Assembly (NCBI GenBank): GCA_037379345.1
Contig: CM074516.1
Location: 25,048,001 to 25,111,851 of the forward strand
DNA length: 63,851 nucleotides
Origin: Perna viridis
Lineage: Eukaryota
Reading direction: 5' to 3'
A model generated the notes under the pieces. The model searched no databases and was not told where the DNA came from. It worked only from the letters and a program-made list of their open reading frames with translations. The first letter of the stretch is position 1. Every line of letters starts with the position of its first letter. Positions 49,845-63,137 of this stretch are shown in pieces. The translations under genes and the position numbers were made by a program.

Positions 49845-51536
49845 ATGTGCTGTCAACATTTAGGATGCATCGTCCATTTTATTACGGCAGGTGATATTGA
49901 GAATGGAGGTCGTGGAAGTGGATCAATATCATCCATTGTTTTGTCAATAACTACTTTGGGCGTTGCAATCGCTTTTCTTTTGTATACAACGGATGCGCAA
50001 ATCCATTTCAAGACTGATTTATTAAGAGGTACTTTGATAGTAATTACTTGTATAGCCATTTTAATAATAATGTTACTTTGCTTCGACATAAGTAAATCAA
50101 ACACAAGTAAAAGGAAATGCATGAAAGCCATCACTACTAAGCTTATTTGTTTATTGCTTTTTACCGTATTAACAAGTTTCTACCCATTCTTTTTAATTAT
50201 TATGAAGATTGAGTGTGATGAACTCCATATTGGAACGCTAAGAATAGTGTATAATTTTGTGCTTGTGGTATTTAACATTAGTCAAACGATTGGTCTTTGG
50301 TGTCTCAAACTTTTCAAGGATATTCAGAGAAAACCTTGCATACACAATTACGTTATAGCAATCGTCGTGTCAACAAATGCTTTAACATATTTGTTTTATA
50401 CATTCAAATTTCACTTTGAAGACAAAGATGTTCACCCGATATCGAATTTTACATTGAATTGTTCAAACTTAGTGGTCTCACAAACTTTAATTACTATAAT
50501 GCCATACTTTATCCCTCTGCCAATAGAAAATGCACTGCTGGCTATTTTGAGCATTAAGGACATTTCTTCTCAATTTAATCTAGACAAAGTGGAGGGAGAT
50601 CACGATGATAAATATGAAGACAGTCATTCTCAAATGAACAATTTGCTCTCTACGCGGACAGAATCTGTAAATGAAAATCATTTTGACCATAATGCTTTAT
50701 TAGAAGCAGGACTTTCAGGCGCAATCGGGGAATCTAGCTCAACACAGCTGAAGGAAAATAGCAAAAATCAAAATGTAGAGTTCGAAAAGCCCAAACAAAA
50801 CATTTGTGTAAATGGAAGTTGCCAATTAATTCCAGAATTATTTACTGTCATTGTTACTTCTACTTTAATTGTTATAGTATGGATTCTGAAACGCGAAGAG
50901 GTATCCATTGGACAAAACGTTATATATTTCATGTTGGATTCTGGTATATTGATTGCATGTATAGTTTGTTTTGTTAGTATTTACAAAAACTATCCTATTA
51001 TTGAGAAAAAAGTGCCAGTTAGTTTAAAGCATTACCTTATCTTGTTGGGCTTTTTAGGAGGCATTGTATTTACTGTTCTTCAGTTCATTGCTAGTTGTTA
51101 CAGAACAGACACAGTTTTACTAGTTTTATTGTGTGTGAAAAATGCAACCAAAATAATAGCAATTACTTTTCAAACAGTTTTGACTATTCGCATGAAAAAC
51201 GTTGAACATAAAGAGACCTCCATGAATAAATGGCTCTTCATTTTAGCCGTCTCAAATTTTTGCCTATGGTTTTACGATAGCTTTAATGAGTCATTATTTG
51301 CTTATGACGGAGAATACATGATGACGTATTTTGGAATCGATACATGGAAAACTGTGAGGCATATTTTTATTCCTTTAATAATTTTCTACAGATTTGAGTG
51401 TTTCCTGCTGTTTTTCGAATATTACACGAAACCGTCCTCTCTATCTATTTGTTCAGATGGAACATGTTACACTGTCTGTTCTTGTTTCTTGGATTGCAAG
51501 ACGAACGAACAAACTCCGTTATTACAAAACACGTAA
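49845..51536 (+). CDS. Otopetrin-like proton channel (divergent, single coding exon, 563 aa)
   Basis: Two hydrophobic multi-TM halves separated by a polar loop. Motifs STNALTY, PYFIPLPIENALL (cf. PYLYPF.IEYSL), FQT, SNFCLWFYDSF and YFG..TW..V.HIFIPLIIFYRFEC (cf. PL.IFYRFHS). Splice acceptor just upstream of the ATG (49828). Confidence 0.8.
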   Translation: MCCQHLGCIVHFITAGDIENGGRGSGSISSIVLSITTLGVAIAFLLYTTDAQIHFKTDLLRGTLIVITCIAILIIMLLCFDISKSNTSKRKCMKAITTKLICLLLFTVLTSFYPFFLIIMKIECDELHIGTLRIVYNFVLVVFNISQTIGLWCLKLFKDIQRKPCIHNYVIAIVVSTNALTYLFYTFKFHFEDKDVHPISNFTLNCSNLVVSQTLITIMPYFIPLPIENALLAILSIKDISSQFNLDKVEGDHDDKYEDSHSQMNNLLSTRTESVNENHFDHNALLEAGLSGAIGESSSTQLKENSKNQNVEFEKPKQNICVNGSCQLIPELFTVIVTSTLIVIVWILKREEVSIGQNVIYFMLDSGILIACIVCFVSIYKNYPIIEKKVPVSLKHYLILLGFLGGIVFTVLQFIASCYRTDTVLLVLLCVKNATKIIAITFQTVLTIRMKNVEHKETSMNKWLFILAVSNFCLWFYDSFNESLFAYDGEYMMTYFGIDTWKTVRHIFIPLIIFYRFECFLLFFEYYTKPSSLSICSDGTCYTVCSCFLDCKTNEQTPLLQNT

Positions 51537-53599
51537 GCGATTCGTGGGTATTGACAGTAATAATTTGAAAAAAAGTTTCCGTGTTTAAGACATTTATTTG
51601 ATGCATATTATAACCAAATGTGTAGAATCTTTTTGAATTTAATATATATAATACATTTGTTTGATAAAAAAATATGAAATTAAATACAATTCATTTCCTT
51701 GCATGTAACTGGTGTATTGTGTGTTATATATTTGCTATCTGAATCAAGAATGTTGTGACAAAGTTTAACATGCGAAATATTTTTGGTTTATGATAATTTT
51801 AATCAAGTTTACAGTTCTGGTCTCTCAAATACATGAGTTTTTCCTCCAATCATCAATTTTAAATATTTTGATAGGCTGAATTTGAGTTGAGGTAGGATTC
51901 AAGGAAAATCTGAATTTAGATTCTCTATGAAACCGAACTCTATATATAATGATTATCAAAGTTCGATTTGTGTGTATTTGTTCAAATATTTTACAATGTT
52001 CTTTTTTTATCGGCACTAATCTTAAGCCTTTAAAACAATTTGTTGCATGTACCTGGTGTATTGTATGTCATATATTTGCTATTTGTTCACACTTCAGCTT
52101 ATAATGAATTCACTATCGTATTGACGTTTATTACTTATGTCATTCAATGGAAATTTTAAATAAATTTTAAATTTTACGATATTTCTAGCAATGGTGACTG
52201 CTCAGTCGTTTTTATATCATTATATCATTAAATAGATCTATGGTTTTATTCTTTATTTTGTAAATAAAAACAACTATGCAATGAATACTGTTTTGTTTAT
52301 GAAGACATATATGGTTTAATATGTAGAATAACACTTGAAGACTAATGTAAACAGCGCTTATGTCGTATAGATAAGAAGACTGGACAGGCTATGTGATCGG
52401 TATTTCTGATGGAATATTAGTGACCTCCCATTAATACTTTATAGTTTCCAATTAAACAATTCGTTTCTAACAAACACGTATTTAACGAAATCGCTAATTT
52501 GGCGTTATGATTTCAAGGGATTTTGATTGGCTTTCTGTTTCGGTATGACACCGACACTGTATATTATTGCATATTGACCTTTATAGCTCAGATTTGTTCA
52601 CTTTTAAAATATATCAAAAACACATGCATACAAAAATATAATTAAATAAGTAAAAGTTAAAATGTACTTAATATAGTTGATTCAACCACAATGTTTACAA
52701 ATGCTAAATATTTTAGCTGTTTAATTTCATAAAAAATTCTCTGGGTTTTTAATTGAATCAAGCCATGGTATGCAAGTAAAATAAGCTTACTTGCCACTTC
52801 TTCATATGGACAGAAAAATCAAGCAAACATTAATACAAAACAACGAAACGAATGATTCCAATTCAGCTCGATCCATTCAGAAAAATAGTAGAGTTTTGGA
52901 AAGCCTTTTAACTCGAAATATTCTTTGGATGACCAAGTCATTGCAAAGTGTTGAACTGTTTTTTTCAAATCGCTTCATTAAAAAATGGTTTCTACGATTT
53001 AGACATAACATAAAAAACCTTAAAGAAAGCGAGTTTCAGCTATCAACAGCATGTTTCAGTTGACATGATATTGGAATGAAATCCTAAAATGATCATATTC
53101 TTACGTAAAAAAGTTAGATGGTAATTTGAATAGCAATAAAAAAATAAAGTTTAAATTCATAATATCAAGTTTTAAAAAGACGAAACTTTCATTAATTTAA
53201 AAAAATCAGAATGTTAAATTTACAAATCGTAAAACGAGTCGTAGTTCCGGGTTTTTAAAAATGTTAAAATTTATACTTAAGGAATACTTGTGTCCCCTTA
53301 TACATGTTCACAAATTCCAAGAGTTAGTGCGCAGGTATTAAAAATAGACTAGTAGACTCGATGTAAATCGTCAAACTTGAATTCATATTTAATATAATGT
53401 ATGATTTGAATTGACATTTTCATTTTCCATTGAATGGGCGCGTTAAATTTTTATTATACAAAAAAATCATGTTTATCTTTTTTCCTTTTAGCAATGCTAT
53501 TGAAATTAGAGATAACTTAATTCTTTATCAAATCCACAATTTGTGATTGTTGTCGTCAAAAGATGGACACAGATACATTGAAACGATTGTTTAAGTTGA

Positions 53600-53742
53600 A
53601 AGAGTAATCAAGGGAACCTAGATTTTAGCGGAAATCAAAATAATGAAATCCAGGAACAAAGACAAGACATGGAAAACAGACAAACATAACAAAGAACATA
53701 AAATAACCAAAATAATAGATACAAAGAAGCAAAAGTAAATGA
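53600..53742 (-). mobile_element. Diverged PLE 3' UTR tip (duplicated at 59401-59543)
   Basis: aagagtaatcaagggaacc...gacatggaaaacagac. Confidence 0.7.
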
Positions 53743-54329
53743 CCGTCTAGGACTACACTAAATAATGTTTGTTTGAAATATTTTCCACATATAACAACGC
53801 CTTGTAAATAGGACAAAACAATTCGGTTATTAAAGTCAAAAGGAAACTTTTCCGTGTTTTATAAATTTTGGTTGAATTACATCATTAACATTCTGAAGTT
53901 GTTTCCTTGTATGATTTAAATTGTTTTATTTTTTTATAAATATCGACGAACATGTGGTTTTGTTGTTTAAGATGATTTACCTAGTTACTGCCAGCTATTA
54001 ATGTTGTGAATTGTAGGAAAAGAAACAACATAATATTCCTCTTTGACAAATTATGTACTTCCAATGATCAGCTGTCTTATATAACAGATGCGCCTATCTT
54101 ATTCAACAATGACTAAGTCAGATACATAGAAACCTATCTAGACGAACGCTGAATAATTCGAAAACCTGACAAAATCAGTCGCATTTTAAAATCCGGTTAC
54201 ATCAATGATGAACCTTGGTAAACCAATAACCTGTTTAAAGGGGATCCGACAAGTACCCCTGCAGTTCTATCTAACGAAACGTGTTTATTGCGTGTTAAAA
54301 GCGTCAATTTTGATTTTTGCAAACAAATT

Positions 54330-55025
54330 TTACATAACAGTAAATGTGAATTTTTGACAAAAGATCACATATTTCGTTTCTTTTTTATGGTATCGCAAGC
54401 AATTCTCCATCATTTTGGAACTACTTAATAGTACACTTAAAAGATGCCGATGTCATTTGGGATACTTAAAATCAAACTTTGATGGATAAGTTAGAAAATG
54501 TTCAAATTGATGCAGCAAGAATTGTAACTGGTGGGAAAACGCTTACTTCTTTACAAACAATTTATGAAGAAAATAAATGGGAAACTTTGGCCTGCAGACG
54601 TAAAACTCATAAACTTGTTCTTTTCCATAAAATGTTAAATAACAAAACACCGAATTACCTAGATGTAAATGTCAAGTCAGTAGATTCTACTGCAATCTTT
54701 AAGCGCCTATTATACCGGTACAAGGTTAGGACAAATACCACATTCACGACTGCGGTTCAATTCTAGCGCCCTTAATTCCCATTTACTTGTTTTTAAAATC
54801 TTGTCAATTCAGCTACTTGTACTTGTGGCAAAAATTGAAAACACTAATCACTTTTTATTCCACTGTCCACTGAAGAACTGAATTCTAGCCTCGCTAGCTG
54901 AAATCCCTGCTGAAATCAATACAAATCTTCTAATCTGTGGATCTAACCAACTGAATAATGATCAAAACATTGCCATTTTTAACTCCACTCAGTTGTATGT
55001 TATCAAAAGTAAGAGATTTACTTGA
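54330..55025 (+). mobile_element. CR1/L2-like LINE 3' fragment (copy 1, 129-bp deletion)
   Basis: KLENVQIDAARIVTG...WETLACRRKTHKL; Cys-rich tail remnant. Confidence 0.75.
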
Positions 55026-55094
55026 CTGTTTCGTATATTTTAAAATTAAAATTCACTGTACTTTTGCACAGCAAAATCTTTGCTAATATAAAGA

Positions 55095-55720
55095 TAATTC
55101 AGGAACTGAATGTCGAGATTCAAAGTCCACAGAATTGTGTCCTTGGATCCTGAAAAATTTGAGATGCTATTGAAACCCTAAATTCACGTTTATTATCAGA
55201 ATAAAATAGCATTTATACTTTAATTCCAAATCATTATACATCTTTCTTACACAAGAAAATACGGCATAATTAGATAAAGATACGTAACAACACGGATATT
55301 TTGTACCGCGCTTATCTTCTAAAAATTAGGCTTCTGGAGGAACAAGATAAGTTGCTACAATATTGAAATCATCACTACAGAAATTTTAAGGTCATCATCA
55401 TGATCGTTACGGTGTTTCTATCAGCACCATGAGAACCGATTTGTTCAATGTGTGAAAGTTTTAGTTTCCTCTTTTGTCTACTCCGGAATGGACTTTTTAT
55501 GATCAGCTCATCGGGTGTTTCTAGAAAACCGCTTATCCTATCGGGGCACCTTGTCCATGGTCCCAGTTTTTAATTGAGTCTGAGTTGCGGTCATTTACTT
55601 TAATTTCTTTGTACATATTATCTTTCATGTTCTTTGTTATGTGTGTGTATGTTTCCTGTCTCATCACTGGAAAACATTCTTTTGATTTCTGCTAGGGTCT
55701 TAGTTCCCTTTATTAATCTT
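55095..55720 (+). mobile_element. Heavily deleted, diverged Naiad-type PLE (duplicated at 61035-61685)
   Basis: WILKN, LYRA..RLLE, KSSLQKF remnants followed by the 3' UTR. Confidence 0.7.
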
Positions 55721-56560
55721 TGATACCCGAAATAATGTATAATATTTAATTTTTTCTATTGGTTATAATATTGACTATCTTATTTACATATCGTTTTAGT
55801 TTCTGGCAATACTATTGCACGAAGACTTTTTTTATGATATGTTGTCATAAAATCCTGTTGAATGTGTTTTTATTGATATTGTGTTTGAGTAAACTAGATA
55901 TTCCTACCAATTGCTTTTTGGATTTGAACAAAATTACAGAAACATCGAGTATTCTTCGAGATACATTAGATTCTGTTTTTTGTATTCTGTATTGATACAA
56001 GCAAGTCTTACAAGATTGAACAACGAAATATATTTAGATATGTGGTGTTCGAACGTCGACACGAATGACAATGGTATTGTAATAAAACTTTTCTGAGAGT
56101 GAATCTATAAGCGAAATTATAATTGAAACATAGCCAAGTTCATTGAATGTCATTAGAACATCAGCGAATATTAATATAAAGGTAAAATTTTGAATTTTAT
56201 GATTTTTGAAGGAAATCTTCTATATCATGATTATCAAAGTCCGATTTGTGTGTATTTGTTCAAATAATTTATAAAGTTTTTTTTTATCGGCAAAACGAAA
56301 AATATGTTAATGTAGTATTCAATATCTATGACACGTGACTTGACACACTTTGACACACGATACTTTATCTTGTAGTTTGCGCGGCTACCTTTACGAAGGG
56401 TACCACTTTTTTCGATTGAATCCTATTTGTGTAAAACTATCAATCGCCAGATGCAGTTAAGAGAACATAAATAAAAACAAACCAAAACAAAACAAAACAA
56501 ACACAAACATACAAATACAAGCAAAAATGCAAAACAGAGCAACACAATAACAACTTTTCA

Positions 56561-56636
56561 GTCCATTTCCGTCAACTTATTAAAAATGCATACTGCATTT
56601 GCAGTATGTGTTTTTGATAAGTTTACGGAAATGGAC
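56561..56636. repeat. Hairpin with 36-bp arms
   Basis: gtccatttccgtcaacttattaaaaatgcatactgc-attt-gcagtatgtgtttttgataagtttacggaaatggac. Confidence 0.85.
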
Positions 56637-56867
56637 ATTTCATGCTAGCGTCTTTCAAAAATTCATATTAGCGATTGACAATAAAACAACAATGATGCAT
56701 GTAATAGTTATTATCATTATTGACCGCAAACAATAGTTTGAGTGTAAAAATGTAGGTCGGTAACGTTATATAATGTTTTTGTGCCTCAGGTTAAGTTAAC
56801 TCTATTCAGTTTATTTTCTGCATTGTAATTTTGTTTCTGCGGTTGTTTTAGGATAGAAATATAAATC

Positions 56868-57516
56868 ATGTGCTGTCAACATTTAGGATGCATCGTCCAT
56901 TTTATTACGGCAGGTGATATTGAGAATGGAGGTCGTGGAAGTGGATCAATATCATCCATTGTTTTGTCAATAAATACATTGGGCGTTGCAATCGCTTTTC
57001 TTTTGTATACAACGGATGCGCAAATCCATTTCAAGACTGATTTAGTAAGATGTACTTTGATAGTAATTACTTGTATAGCCATTTTAATAATAATGTTACT
57101 TTGCTTCGACATAAGTAAATCAAACACAAGTAAAAGGAAATGCATGAAAGCCATCACTACTAAGCTTATTTGTTTATTGCTTTTTACCGTATTAACAAGT
57201 TTCTACCCATTCTTTTTAATTATTATGAAGATTGAGTGTGATGAACTCAATCTTCATTTTAGCCGTCTCAAATTTTTGCCTATGGTTTTACGATAGTTTT
57301 AATGAGTCATTATTTGCTAATGACGGAGAATACATGATGATGTTTTTTGGAATCGATACATGGGAAACTGTGAGGCATATTTTTATTCCTTTAATAATTT
57401 TCTACAGATTTGAGTGTTTCCTGCTGTTTTTCGAATATTACACGAAACCGTCCTCTCTATCTATTTGTTCAGATGAAAAATATGAAATTAAATACAATTC
57501 ATTTCCTTGCATGTAA
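56868..57516 (+). pseudogene. Otopetrin-like pseudogene (duplicate with ~1-kb frameshifting deletion)
   Basis: Near-identical to 49845-50225 and 51235-51458; net loss of ~1007 nt; a second ~205-nt deletion removes the original stop. Confidence 0.9.
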
Positions 57517-60139
57517 CTGGTGTATTGTGTGTTATATATTTGCTATCTGAATCAAGAATGTTGTGACAAAGTTTAACATGCGAAATATTTTTGGTTTATG
57601 ATAATTTTAATCACGTTTACAGTTCTGGTCTCTCAAATACATGAGTTTTTCCTCCAATTATCAATTTCAAATAATTTGATAGGATGAAATTTGAGTTGAG
57701 GTAGGATTCAAGGAAAATCTGAATTTAGATTCTCTATGAAACCGAACTCTATATACAATGATTATCAAAGTTCGATTTGTGTGTATTTGTTCAAATATTT
57801 TACAATGTTCTTTTTTATCGGCACTAATCTTAAGCCTTTAAAACAATTTGTTGCATGTACCTGGTGTATTGTATATCATATATTTGCTATTTGTTCACAC
57901 TTTAGCTTATAATGAATTCACTATCGTATTGACGTTTATTACTTATTTCATTCAATGGAAATTTTAAATAAATTTTAAATTTTACGATATTTCTAGCAAT
58001 GGTGACTGCTCAGTCGTTTTTATATCATTAAATAGATCTATGGTTTTATTCTTTATTTTGTAAATAAAAACAACTATGCAATGAATACTGTTTTGTTTAT
58101 GAAGACATATATGGTTAATATGTAGAATAACACTTGAAGACTAATGTAAACAGCGCTTATGTCGTATAGATAAGAAGACTTGACAGGCTATGTGGTCGGT
58201 ATTTCTGATGGAATATCAGTGACCTCCCATTAATACTTTATAGTTTCCAATTAAACAATTCGTTTCTAACAAACACGTATGTAACGAAATCGCTAATTTG
58301 GCGTTCTGATTTCAAGGGATTTTGATTGGCTTTCTGTTTCGGTATGACACCGACACTGTATATTATTGCATATTGACCTTTATAGCTCAGATTTGTTCAC
58401 TTTTAAAATATATGAAAAACACATGCATACAAAAATATAATTAAATAAATAAAAGTTAAAATGTACTTAATATAGTTGATTCAACCACATTGTTTACAAA
58501 TGCTAAATATTTTAGCTGTTTAATTTCATAAAAAAATCTTTGGGTTTTTAATTGAATCAAGCCATGGTATGCAAGTAAAATAAGCTTACTTGCCACTTCG
58601 TCATATGGACAGAAAAATCAAGCAAACATTAATACAAAACAACGAAACGAATGATTCCAATTCAGTTCGATCCATTCAGAAAAATAGTAGAGTTTTGGAA
58701 AACCTTTTAACTCGAAATATTCTTTGGATGACCAAGTCATTGCAAAGTGTTGAACTGTTTTGTTCAAATCGCTTCATTAAAAAATGGTTTCTACGATTTA
58801 GACATAACATAAAAAACCTTAAAGAAAGCGAGTTTCAGCTACCAACATCATGTTTCAGTTGACATGATATTGGAATGAAATCCTAAAATGACCATGTTCT
58901 TACGTAAAGAAGTTCGATGGTAATTTGAATAGCAATAAAAAAAATAAAGTTTAAATTCATAATATCCAGTTTTAAAAAGACGGAACTTCCATTGATTTAA
59001 AAAAAATCAGAATGTTAAATTTACAAATCGTAAAACGAGTCGTAGTTCCGGGTTTTTAAAATTGTTAAAATTTATACTTAAGGAATACTTGTGTCCCCTT
59101 ATACATGTTCACAAATTTCAAGAGTTAGTGCGCAGGTATTAAAAATAGACTAATAGACTCGATGTAAATCGTCAAACCAGAATTCATATTTGATATAATG
59201 TATGATTTGAATCGACATTTTCATTTTGCATTGAATGGGCATGTTTAATTTTTATTATATAAAAAAATCATGTTTATCTTTTTTCACTTTAGCAATGCTG
59301 TTGAAATTAGAGATAACTGAATTCTTTATCAAATCCACAATTTGTGATAGTTGTCGTCAAAAGATGGACACAGATACATTGAAACGATTGTTTAAGTTGA
59401 AAGAGTAATCAAGGGAACCTAGATTTTAGCGGAAATCAAAATAATGAAATCCAGGAACAAAGACAAGACATGGAAAACAGACAAACGTAACAAAGAACAT
59501 AAAATAACCAAAATAATAGATACAAAGAAGCAAAAGTAAATGACCATCTAGGACTACACTAAATAATGTTTGTTTGAAATGTTTTCCACATATAACAACG
59601 TCTTGTAAAAAGGACAAAACAATTCGGTTATTAAAGTCAAAAGGAAAATTTTCCGTGTTTTTTTTTAAACTTTGGTTGAATTACATCATTAACATTCTGA
59701 AGTTGTTTCCTTGTATTATTTAAATTGTTTTATTTTTTGTATAAATATCGACGAACATGTGGTTTTGTTGTTTAAGATGATTTACCTAGTTACTGCCAGC
59801 TAGTAATGTTGTGAATTGTAGGAAAAGAAACAACGTAATATTCTTCTTTGACAAATTATGTACTTCCAATGTTCAGCTGTCTTATATAACAGATGCGCCT
59901 ATCTTATTCAACAATGACTAAGTCAGATACATAGAAACCTATCTAGACGAACGCTGAATAATTCGAAAACCTGACAAAACCAGTCGCATTTTAAAATTCC
60001 GTTACATCAATGATGAACCTTGGTAAACCAATAACATGTTTAAAGGGGATCCGACAAGTACCCCTGCAGTTCTATCTAACGAAACGTGTTTATTGCATGT
60101 TAAAAGCGTCAATTTTGATTTTTGCAAACAAATTTTACA

Positions 60140-60970
60140 TAACAGTAAATGTGCATTTTTGACAAAAGGTCACATATTTCGTTTCTTTTTTATGGTATCG
60201 CAAGCAATTCTCCATCATTTTGGAACAACTTAATAGTACACTTAAAAGATGCCGATGTTATTTGGGATACTCAAAATCAAACTTTTATAGATAAGTTAGA
60301 AAATGTTCAAATTGATGCAGCAAGAATTGTAACTGGTGGGAAAACGCTTACTTCTTTACAAAAACTTTATGAAGAAAATAAATGGGAAACTTTGGCCTGC
60401 AGACGTAAAACTCATAAACTTGTTCTTTTCCATAAACTGTTAAATAACAAAACACCGAATTACCTATCAGATGTTGTCCCTGATACAATTGCAAATCGCC
60501 ACAATCATAATACTACACGAGCAAATAATATCAATAACATTTGTACTCTCACTAATCTTTACGCAGACTATTTTTTACCTTCAACAGTGAAACTATGGAA
60601 AGAATTAGATGTAAATGTCAAGTCAGTAGATTCTACTGCAATCTTTAAGCGCCTATTATACCGGTACAAGGTTAGGACAGATACTACATTCACGACTGCG
60701 ATTCAATTCTAGCGCCCTTAATTCCCATTTACTTGTTTTTAAAATCTTGTCAATTCAACTACTTGTACTTGTGGCAAAATTGAAAACACTAATCACTTTT
60801 TATTCCACTGTCCACTGAAGAACTGAATTCTAGCCTCGCTAGCTGAAATCCCTGTTGAAATCAATACAAATCTTCTAATCTTTGGATCTAACCAACTGAA
60901 TGATGATCAAAACATTGCCATTTTCAACTCCACTCAGTTGTATGTTATCAAAAGTAAGAGATTTACTTGA
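60140..60970 (+). mobile_element. CR1/L2-like LINE 3' fragment (copy 2)
   Basis: AARIVTG...TPNYLSD...HNTTR...YFLPSTVKLWKELD. Confidence 0.78.
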
Positions 60971-62908
60971 CTGTTTCGTATATTTTAAAACTAAAATTCA
61001 CTGTACTTTTGCACAGCAAAATCTTTGCAAATATAAAGATAATTCAGGAACTGAATGTCGAGATTCAAAGTCCACAGAATTGTGTTCTTGGATCCTGAAA
61101 AATTTGAGATGTTATTGAAACCCTAAATTCACGTTTATTATCAGAATAAAATAGCATCAAAATCTATGATTTTTCTCTCATTTATACTTTAATTCCAAAT
61201 CATTATACATCTTTCTTATTCAAGAAAATACGGCACAATTAGATAAAGATACGTAACAACACGGATATTTTGTACCGCGCTTATCTTCTAAAAATTAGGC
61301 TTCTGGAGGAACAAGATAAGTTGCTACAATATTGACATCATCACTACAGAAATTTTAAGGTCATCATCATGATCGTTACGGTGTTTCTATCTGCACCATG
61401 AGAACCGATTTGTTCAATGTGTGAAAGGTTTAGTTTCCTCTTTTGTCTACTCCGGAATGGACTTTTTATGATCAGCTCATCGGGTGTTTCTAGAAAACCG
61501 CTTATCCTATCGGGTCACCTTGTCCCAGTTTTTAATTGAGTCTGAGTTGCGGTCAATTACTTCAATTTCTTTGTACATATTATCTTTCATGTTCTTTGTT
61601 ATGTGTGTGTGTATGTTTCCTGTCTCATCACTGGAAAACATTCTTTTGATTTCTGCTAGGATCTTAGTTCCCTTTAATAATCTTTGATACCCGAAATAAT
61701 GCATAATATTTAATTTTTTCTATTGGTTATAATCTTATTTACATATCGTTTTAGTTTCTGGCAATACTATTGCACGAAGACTTTTTTATGACATGTTGTC
61801 ATAAAATCCTGTTGAATGTGTTTTTATTGATATTTTGTTTGAGTAAACTAGGTATCCCTACCAATTGCTTTTTGGATTTTGAACAAAATTACAGAAACAT
61901 CGAGTATTCTTCGAGATACATTAGATTCTGTTTTTTGTATTCTGTATTGATACAAGCAAGTTCGAATTCAACAGTTTTTTTTTCTAGTTTGTTTTATTGT
62001 TATGCCTTACCACTACTGTCCCAGGTTAGGGGGAAGGGTTGAACATTCACAAACATATCAAACACCCGCCACATATTGTATGTACCTATCTCAAGCCAGC
62101 AACCTGTAGTCCAGAGATTATCGTTGTTTGTGGTGTTCAATGTTATTCGTGTTAAGTTTTTTTCCTTTAGCTTAAGTAAATTTTCGTTTTTCTTAATAAT
62201 GTCACATCATTTTGCTTTTGTGATGGTTTTGCCAATCGTTATGGACCGTTTGGTGACCTATAGAAGTTTAATAGTTCGTTGAATGGTATTTTGATGATTT
62301 TACCATCTTATTGGCAATCATACTACGACACCTTTATATATAATGATAATACAAAAAATATAATCCGAATGATTGAAATAAGTGTACGAACTTTAAAATG
62401 TAATTTTAGGAAAGGATATGTTTATAGCATTTTACCATTGCCAGGTAACTCATCAGCCCAGAGTGTTGGTGTACAGAAGTTTCGTGAAACAAAATATGGA
62501 CTTTGGTCATTATATGAAAATAGCAGCTTCACAGTAACACATACATGTATTTCACTTTCCTGTTTGCTCATCGTTTTTTAAACAGTATCCTTTTAAGAAG
62601 GGGTCCATGCAAAAAACATGCAGTGGTTGGCACATGACAAATTTTGGTATAAAAAATATTCGCCAATGTCATAGCAGAAATGCAATCTTTCTCAAAATAG
62701 ACAGATGGATTTTGATTAACTTTAATAATTAAAGAGAATTAAATCCCAAAATACATATTGAACTTTAGAGCCATTTTCTTAGCCATCCATTGTCGATATA
62801 AATCAAAGTTTATACCATTTGAAATGCATCTGATATAACCACTACATTGGAACAGACATTTCAGTTGGATAATATTTACCTTGAGCCATTAATATCATTG
62901 AATCTGCC

Positions 62909-63137
62909 TGGCATGGAAAACAAGCACACAAAACAGAGAACATAAAGTAACCAAAATAGTTCATACTAAATAAACAAAAGTAAATGAGCAACTCGGACTC
63001 CACTAAAAACTGGGAGCATGGGCCAGGTGCACCGGTAGGGTAAGCGTCCCCTGCTTTTCTAGAAACATCAAAGGTCGTCCAGGATAGACGAAAGAGAAAA
63101 GGGAAACTATGACACGTCGAACAAATAAGTTTTTTAT
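62909..63137 (-). mobile_element. Naiad-type PLE 3' UTR fragment
   Basis: atgagcaactcggactccactaaaaactgggagcatgg.ccaggtgcaccggtagggtaagcgtcc. Confidence 0.8.

Larger units (their letters stand above)
48995..56003 (+). repeat. Tandem segmental duplication, unit 1 (~7.0 kb)
   Basis: Colinear and highly similar to 56004-61961. Confidence 0.95.
56004..61961 (+). repeat. Tandem segmental duplication, unit 2 (~6.0 kb)
   Basis: Junction caagca-agt-cttacaag joins the end of unit 1 to the start of unit 2. Confidence 0.95.

Noticed and set aside
52791-53063. 90-aa ORF conserved at 58590-58862
   Set aside because: TTG start, no recognisable motif, and conservation is explained by the recent duplication.
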